A DNA stretch of 64,000 nt from an uncultured Acidobacteriota bacterium. Its GTDB lineage: Bacteria > Acidobacteriota > G020349885 > CAZDZC01. A model generated the notes under the pieces. The model had not been told where the DNA came from, did no database searches, and saw only the letters and a list, made by a program, of their open reading frames with translations. The stretch is from positions 127,642-191,641 of the forward strand of contig CAZDZC010000003.1 in NCBI GenBank assembly GCA_964509835.1, given 5' to 3'. Of the stretch, positions 58,884 through 64,000 are shown one piece after another (within the stretch, counting starts at the first letter, position 1; each line of letters begins with the position of its first letter). The translations under genes were made by a program, and so were the position numbers.

Positions 58884-59707
58884 TTATCCTCCAGTACTTC
58901 AGGGAACTCTCTCTGAACCCACATAATAAAGTCCTCGACCTGTTCTTCCAGGAGCTTTCTGGACTGTTTCCTAGCTTCTTCCATAGGAATTGCTTCCTGT
59001 ATAATAGGGTCATAGAAGAGGGCTATGTTTGCTTCACAGTCTTTTCCAAGATCCTCTTTTATCTGCTGTGCATCCCCGATTAGGTTATAACTTTGAACGC
59101 TTGATGTATTTTCAATGCTCTTCTTGTTCAATACTTCAACATTAGTATGAGTAATATACTTTATCCCAAGATTGATATCGTCTCTGTAACCGTCAAACAC
59201 AAAATCGTGTTCCTCGGTAATTTCTATGTCTTTCTTGTAATCAACGAAGTACAAGTGTCTTTTGGTGCTGTTATAATTTTCCTTGAACAGATAATCCCTG
59301 GATTCGAATTTAATGCCTGCATTTTCCAGTTTTTTTAGGATGATCTCCTTCGCATCAGATTCTGAAATGAAACAGGGGGGTGTCATAACTATACATCCTG
59401 TAGATCCTCGCCCATCACCGTGAATGAATATGGGGGCAATCTTGCAGTTAATATTTTCATTAATTTCCATTGTGAATTGCTCTTTTACCGGTTTTCGAGG
59501 TGTAACGACTACTGTGTCGTCAGGTGTATCGATATTTTCTGCTGAGCAGTTACCTCCAAAAACAAACGCTGTCAAAGCACTTGCGACAATACTGCTTTTA
59601 AGCCATTTTGCGGGGACATACCTCAAAAGCATCTCCGGGTTGTTTTCATAGACAAACCGTTCAGGATACTTCGGACTTTGGTATTTCCTTTCTGCCTTTA
59701 TCTTCAT
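58880..59707 (-). CDS. Membrane-anchored protein of unrecognised family X (paralog B) with conserved FIHGDGRGSTGCIVMTPPCF motif
   Basis: An N-terminal cytosolic motif (K.YQSPKYPERFVYE) is followed by one TM helix and a periplasmic domain. It shows ~45% identity by eye to 62372..63205 and 63382..>64000. Confidence 0.7.
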   Translation of the reverse strand: MKIKAERKYQSPKYPERFVYENNPEMLLRYVPAKWLKSSIVASALTAFVFGGNCSAENIDTPDDTVVVTPRKPVKEQFTMEINENINCKIAPIFIHGDGRGSTGCIVMTPPCFISESDAKEIILKKLENAGIKFESRDYLFKENYNSTKRHLYFVDYKKDIEITEEHDFVFDGYRDDINLGIKYITHTNVEVLNKKSIENTSSVQSYNLIGDAQQIKEDLGKDCEANIALFYDPIIQEAIPMEEARKQSRKLLEEQVEDFIMWVQREFPEVLEDK

Positions 59708-59784
59708 TTCTATACCTCTAAAAAGAGTAAATACAAATTTGACAACGAAATACTATGATCAAAAACATATTAAGTCAAATAAAG

Positions 59785-61248
59785 TCAGTTTTCTAAAAGG
59801 GATAATCTGTACAATGCCCACTCTGTTGTGGCGCGAACTATTGCGTCTTCGCTCTGCATTTGTTTTCGGAGATATTTGACAGCATCTTTTCTCCCAATTC
59901 TCCCCAATATTTCCGTAGCTTTCGCTTTTACATCTCTGTTTTCACTTTCTTCAAGAGATTTGAATATGTAATATTTAATTTTATCATAAGTGAAACATGA
60001 AAGTGCTTCCAAAGCATCACAGGCTACATATTGATCTGAAAAGGGATTGATGTCAGTGCTGGAAAGGAATTCTGCAATAGATGGAATACTTCTATCATCA
60101 CCGATTTCACTGAGTATATGAAGCAAGTCTCCAGTTCTGTGATCAAGTGGTCCTTTCGCTTTGAGCAATTCACAGATTAAAGGAGCAGCCTCTTCACAAT
60201 CTCTTTCAGTAAAAGTTTTAGCAGCTTCAAAAGCGATTTCGGGAACCGTTTTATCAGAAAGGCACTTTAGAAGCAGTTGTGTGGACTGTTCACTGCGGTC
60301 ATCGTTGAGGATTGTTATAACTGCGCAGATTAATTGCTTGATATTATTCTGTCTTCTGTCTGCTCTAAGTTCTCCATTATTTTTCAGAACGAACTTTCTA
60401 AGATCGTCGAATGAGAATGATTCTCCTCTCCTGTAGAGTTCTTTAAGAGCATCGGCTTTATGAACACAATCGCTTTTAATAATAATTTTGAGAAGATCGG
60501 TAGCTTCTTCTGATTTGATCTCCAACAGCCTGTTGAGAGTATCATTATCATATTTGTTTGCATGAATGCTTTTTTCAAACTCTGCGAGAGCACTGATAAC
60601 CGTATCTGATTTATACCAGTTTTCGTCAAGTCTATACAGTGTTTCAGCCATTGGGGTAAAACAACAGTCTTTTTTAAGAAATATAGAAGTCAATATCTGC
60701 ACTGCTTCAGGATTATTTGAGTCAGAAATGCATTTAAGGATACTTGGCAGCTCTTTTTCTAAAAGATCGGATTTGGCAAGGAAATATGAAGCAGTCTGTT
60801 CTGGATTAATACTGATTAGAATTTCAAGATATCCGGCCTTGACCATGCCCTCTCTTTCAACATCTTTAACGATACTTTCGAATAACTTGGAAGCTTCATC
60901 CGTCTTTGTCCAATTCTTGTCCAGAGAGTTCAGAATCGGGACTAACCAGTACGGCTCCCTTGTTTCCTTAAGAGACTTGATCAACGGTTTTACTGCTATA
61001 GGATCGTTAAGCTTCTCTAAAGTATCCCAGATCTCTCTAACAAAATTACTTCTCCAGTTTCTACTTTCCATAGCATTGATCAAGTGCGGTACAGCCCTCT
61101 TATCGCCAAGTTCACGAAGCTTCAAAACAGCCTTGTACTGCGTTTCAATGTTATCACTCTTGAGATCATTGATAAGGGTTTCATAATCTGAGGAAAAGGA
61201 AACAACAGGAAGGAACAGCAGCATCAAAATTATAATTCTTATTCTCAT
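59785..61248 (-). CDS. Secreted HEAT/PBS-lyase-like repeat protein (paralog of 57399..58883)
   Basis: Same architecture as its paralog, with conserved N- and C-terminal segments (DYETLINDLKSDNIETQYKAVLKLRELGDKRA ... RATTEWALYRLSLLEN). Confidence 0.7.
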   Translation of the reverse strand: MRIRIIILMLLFLPVVSFSSDYETLINDLKSDNIETQYKAVLKLRELGDKRAVPHLINAMESRNWRSNFVREIWDTLEKLNDPIAVKPLIKSLKETREPYWLVPILNSLDKNWTKTDEASKLFESIVKDVEREGMVKAGYLEILISINPEQTASYFLAKSDLLEKELPSILKCISDSNNPEAVQILTSIFLKKDCCFTPMAETLYRLDENWYKSDTVISALAEFEKSIHANKYDNDTLNRLLEIKSEEATDLLKIIIKSDCVHKADALKELYRRGESFSFDDLRKFVLKNNGELRADRRQNNIKQLICAVITILNDDRSEQSTQLLLKCLSDKTVPEIAFEAAKTFTERDCEEAAPLICELLKAKGPLDHRTGDLLHILSEIGDDRSIPSIAEFLSSTDINPFSDQYVACDALEALSCFTYDKIKYYIFKSLEESENRDVKAKATEILGRIGRKDAVKYLRKQMQSEDAIVRATTEWALYRLSLLEN

Positions 61249-62372
61249 GTTACATCCTCAAGATAGGAAAGCATCGGATACATGACATTGTAATGTTTCT
61301 GAATAAACAGGGCGTTGCGTTTTTTAAACAATCGTTCTGCGAGTCTGTCTGCAATCGGAATAAGCAATCTCTCTGTTTCACAAAGGAGCGGAGAAACCTT
61401 TCCAATATTGCCCGTAGTTTGCCAATTAAGACATCCGCATCTGTGTTCACATCTCAGATTAAAAGCACACTCAGTACATTCACTTCCACATGATTGTGAT
61501 TGTTCATAAAGAGCATTAACTTTGTCAGTGTCTATACCTGAAGAAATATGGCCGATCGAGTATTCAGTATTTGAAACTCCGTCCTGAACAAACTGAACAC
61601 AGGGATAAATGCTGCCGTTCGGTGCGATGGAGACCTGCTTTTTCCCAAGCTGGCACTGGATGCAGACAGCTTCCTCTCCCCGGATATGAGAAGCAATCTT
61701 CTTTTCAAAAGGGCTGAAATAGAATTTGACATTGTTCTCTGTAAGTCTTTCATATTCCTTGGCCATCAGTCCGTATTGTTTTTTCAATACAGTCAGATCC
61801 TTGTCAGTCCATTCGGCTGAATGATCCAGTGAAGTCACAATATATCGAAAACCTTTATCGAGCATATTTAAAAAGGATGAATGGAAATCCTGCACTGTGT
61901 CCGGTGAGATAACCATGTATGCTTGCGCATAAGGTTGGAATTTAAGAAGAAGCTTTGCACGGTTTGAAACAATGCCGTAAGAACCTTCCCCTGCTGAATT
62001 TTTTCGATGGGAATTGTGAGCTTTCTCTGTACCGTCAATACTCAAAGCTACCGTGAGCCTTGATGCAGAAGCATATTTCAAGAAGGTCTCATCCATAAGA
62101 AGGCCATTAGTTGTGACTTTATGATGAAAAGAAATCCCTTTGCTTCTTGCGAGTTCAGAAGAATATTCTATCGCTTCGGAAATCAGTTCCTTTTTAAGAA
62201 GAGGTTCCCCGCCGAAGTATATTAGTCCAGTGTCGGGAGATGAGAAGGTTGTTGTAAAATCAATTGCCTGCCTGAGAGTTTCAGGTGACATATCTATCCT
62301 GTCTGAATGGGGCGCATAGCAGTAATCACAATTTAGATTGCAGCCTGTCGTTAGATGGAGAGTTATGTGCAT
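61245..62372 (-). CDS. Radical SAM/SPASM-domain maturase (anSME-like)
   Basis: CNLNCDYCY is the CX3CX2C cluster. The C-terminal SPASM Cys cluster is CIQCQLG...CGSECTECAFNLRCEHRCGC. The gene overlaps both neighbours by 1-4 nt. Confidence 0.85.
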   Translation of the reverse strand: MHITLHLTTGCNLNCDYCYAPHSDRIDMSPETLRQAIDFTTTFSSPDTGLIYFGGEPLLKKELISEAIEYSSELARSKGISFHHKVTTNGLLMDETFLKYASASRLTVALSIDGTEKAHNSHRKNSAGEGSYGIVSNRAKLLLKFQPYAQAYMVISPDTVQDFHSSFLNMLDKGFRYIVTSLDHSAEWTDKDLTVLKKQYGLMAKEYERLTENNVKFYFSPFEKKIASHIRGEEAVCIQCQLGKKQVSIAPNGSIYPCVQFVQDGVSNTEYSIGHISSGIDTDKVNALYEQSQSCGSECTECAFNLRCEHRCGCLNWQTTGNIGKVSPLLCETERLLIPIADRLAERLFKKRNALFIQKHYNVMYPMLSYLEDVT

Positions 62373-63205
62373 CAGATTCCTTTCTTATCAGCATATGCAG
62401 GGAACTCTCTTCTTAACCAATGAAGAAAATCATCAACTTGTTCAGCCAACAGCTTCCGGGACAGAGTCCTTGCTTTTTCCATATCATAGTTACCATCCAT
62501 CTTAGTCATAGGATCATAAAATAGCGCCATGTTGATGTGAACCTCATTTTTCATTTTCTCTCTGAATTCCTGGGCTTCACCTAAAATATTCGTGTAACCC
62601 ACACTTATCCACACCTTATCTTCCGACTCTTCAATGTCCCTAAGTTTTCTGACATTATCATGCGAGATAAACTTAATTGCCAGGTTAATGTCTTCAATTA
62701 AACCGTCAAAAACAAGATCGTTAGTTGTTTCGATTAAGAAGCTGTGATTCCCGGTGATATTGTGTTTCAGAATGTGTTTTGTGAAGTTCTTTCTATGAAC
62801 ATAGTTTCTTGAGTCAAACTTAAGACCATATCCTTCCAATTTGCTGAAAATGATCTCCTTTGCATCAGCTTCAGTAAGAAAGCAGGGAGGGTTCATTACA
62901 ATGCAGCCCGTACTGCCCCTTCCATCACCATGAATGAAAAGCGGCGCTATAGAGTAGTTCTTTTTTAAATTGATCTTATCTGGATGGTCAAATTCACCGT
63001 CTGTGATCGCTACATCTGAATTACCGTCTGATGAGCAACTCAATGTAAATCCAGAAAGTACAAAAACTGATAAAGCCCCGGTGATGACCCGGTTTTTCAG
63101 CCATCCATAAGGGATGTGCTCCAAAATAAGTTCCGGATGCTTTTCATAAACTAATCTGACAGGATAAGAAGGTGTTTTATAATTTTTCTTTGCTTTCAGC
63201 TTCAT
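62372..63205 (-). CDS. Membrane-anchored protein of unrecognised family X (paralog A) with conserved FIHGDGRGSTGCIVMNPPCF motif
   Basis: First gene of the minus-strand operon. It has the N-terminal KNYKTPSYPVRLVYE motif, one TM helix, and the conserved C-terminal region (ALFYDP...RKLLAEQVDDF). Confidence 0.7.
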   Translation of the reverse strand: MKLKAKKNYKTPSYPVRLVYEKHPELILEHIPYGWLKNRVITGALSVFVLSGFTLSCSSDGNSDVAITDGEFDHPDKINLKKNYSIAPLFIHGDGRGSTGCIVMNPPCFLTEADAKEIIFSKLEGYGLKFDSRNYVHRKNFTKHILKHNITGNHSFLIETTNDLVFDGLIEDINLAIKFISHDNVRKLRDIEESEDKVWISVGYTNILGEAQEFREKMKNEVHINMALFYDPMTKMDGNYDMEKARTLSRKLLAEQVDDFLHWLRREFPAYADKKGI

Positions 63206-63381
63206 TCATGTACCTACCAGAGTATGCAAGTCGAACTGCGTTTTATACAATCTGATACTAACTTATGTCCAATCAGCAGTCAATCAATATTTGTAATTTT
63301 CAAAGGTCTCTGTTGGAGAAGAACCAGTTATTGTGTTATCATTCGCGAGAAGGGGAATTCGTATTTATTCAGGAGGTTAAA

Positions 63382-64000
63382 ATGCAGGTCAGACCGGTTA
63401 AGAAGTATAAACTGCCGAAATATCCCGATCAGGAGCTGTTTTTTGATAAACCGGAACTTCTGCTTTCCAATGCCCCTGCGGATTGGTTCAAAAAGAAAAC
63501 AGTCATTGCAGCTTTGACGGCATTTACTGTTGGCAGTTCATATGCTGAAAGTCCGGTTGATAAACCCGTAGTTGAGCAGGTCGAACCTTCGGAGTTGAAG
63601 GAACAAGCCGTTTCTGAATCTGAGATTAAAATAGAAGATAAGCGATGTAAAATAGCTCCATTGTTTATTCACGGTGAAGGCAGAGGAGCTACGGGGTGTG
63701 TCGTAATATCACCTCCATGCTTTATGTCGGAAGTTGAAGCTTTCGAGATCATAGTTACAGAACTCCGGAAAGCTGGAATCGAATTTCCTGAGTTCAATTA
63801 TCACTGGAAGGACGATTTTTCTAAATTCAAAGGCTATGATAGCTATGATGCTGACGAACCTGTCACCATTAAATCATCACTTGTCTTTGATGCATTTAAT
63901 GAAGAAAAAAATCTGGGTATAAAGTTTGTTTCAATATTAAACCATAACAGATTGACCGATAAAGACACATCAGAAGAAATGCGAAGTTCTGTTCAGAGCT
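63382..64000 (+). CDS. Membrane-anchored protein of family X (paralog C), 3'-truncated by window end; not in ORF track because unterminated
   Basis: A strong RBS (AGGAGG) precedes the ATG at 63382. The frame is open to 64000. It encodes MQVRPVKKYKLPKYP...IAPLFIHGEGRGATGCVVISPPCFMSE, with no stop in frame. Confidence 0.65.
   Translation, partial: MQVRPVKKYKLPKYPDQELFFDKPELLLSNAPADWFKKKTVIAALTAFTVGSSYAESPVDKPVVEQVEPSELKEQAVSESEIKIEDKRCKIAPLFIHGEGRGATGCVVISPPCFMSEVEAFEIIVTELRKAGIEFPEFNYHWKDDFSKFKGYDSYDADEPVTIKSSLVFDAFNEEKNLGIKFVSILNHNRLTDKDTSEEMRSSVQS

Noticed and set aside
63224-63517. Track ORF 63224..63517 (+), 97 aa
   Set aside because: It overlaps the frame of a well-supported X-family paralog starting at 63382 with a strong RBS, in a different frame. 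It has no homology features.
1-64000. CRISPR arrays, IS elements, integrases, phage genes, toxin-antitoxin pairs
   Set aside because: No short direct-repeat/spacer arrays, and no transposase/integrase-like ORFs or terminal inverted repeats were recognisable. The 38306..38835 ORFs are too weak to call a transposase.

Overview
The window is low-GC (~40%) bacterial chromosome and appears to be coding on both strands almost throughout. It has four parts.

**Housekeeping, 1-9.3 kb.** A 5'-truncated recA is followed by tRNA-Phe(GAA) with its own sigma70-like promoter and a terminator. Then come a DUF1611-like gene, a small secreted protein, guaA, dnaE (interrupted by one in-frame TAA) and queH.

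**A ~29 kb fatty-acid/polyketide-type biosynthetic cluster, 9.3-38.0 kb.** It is built from two convergent operons.
- The plus operon (9299-24372) encodes, in order: FabG-like KR, FAD oxidoreductase, KS, ACP, PlsC-like acyltransferase, PaaK-like adenylating enzyme, a SPASM radical SAM with a hotdog-like tail, LolA-like, MMPL exporter, lipoprotein, FabZ-like DH, 4HBT thioesterase, KS, a small KS-like protein and a B12-radical SAM.
- The minus operon (37985-24380) encodes: hypothetical, BtrH-like transferase, ABC-2 exporter, ACP, FabH-like KAS III, three consecutive B12-radical SAMs, GT2, LpxL-like acyltransferase, ACP, KS and a CLF-like partner.
- There is no enoyl reductase, ammonia lyase or methyltransferase. 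The cluster looks like an aryl-polyene-type lipid pathway heavily supplemented with cobalamin radical-SAM enzymes. From memory this recalls gene sets proposed for ladderane lipids in anammox bacteria. It is the best candidate for an undescribed system.

**Two giant surface proteins, 39.0-53.7 kb.** One is a 2505-aa gingipain-type C25 peptidase with FN3-like, MAM/jelly-roll-like and PKD modules. The other is a 2351-aa protein with SBBP beta-propeller repeats, more than 40 thrombospondin type-3 calcium-binding repeats and two internal ~190-aa paralogous domains. Both end in a shared Cys-containing C-terminal module (...C-P) that I do not recognise as a known sorting signal.

**Distal section, 53.7-64 kb.** A ChlI-like AAA+ ATPase and a VWA protein are split at an A9 homopolymer (probable frameshift). 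rmuC follows. Beyond it is a tightly coupled minus-strand operon: membrane protein X, an anSME-like radical SAM/SPASM, a HEAT-repeat secreted protein, X paralog, HEAT paralog. A third X paralog runs divergently off the window end.

No CRISPR array, IS element or prophage signature was seen.
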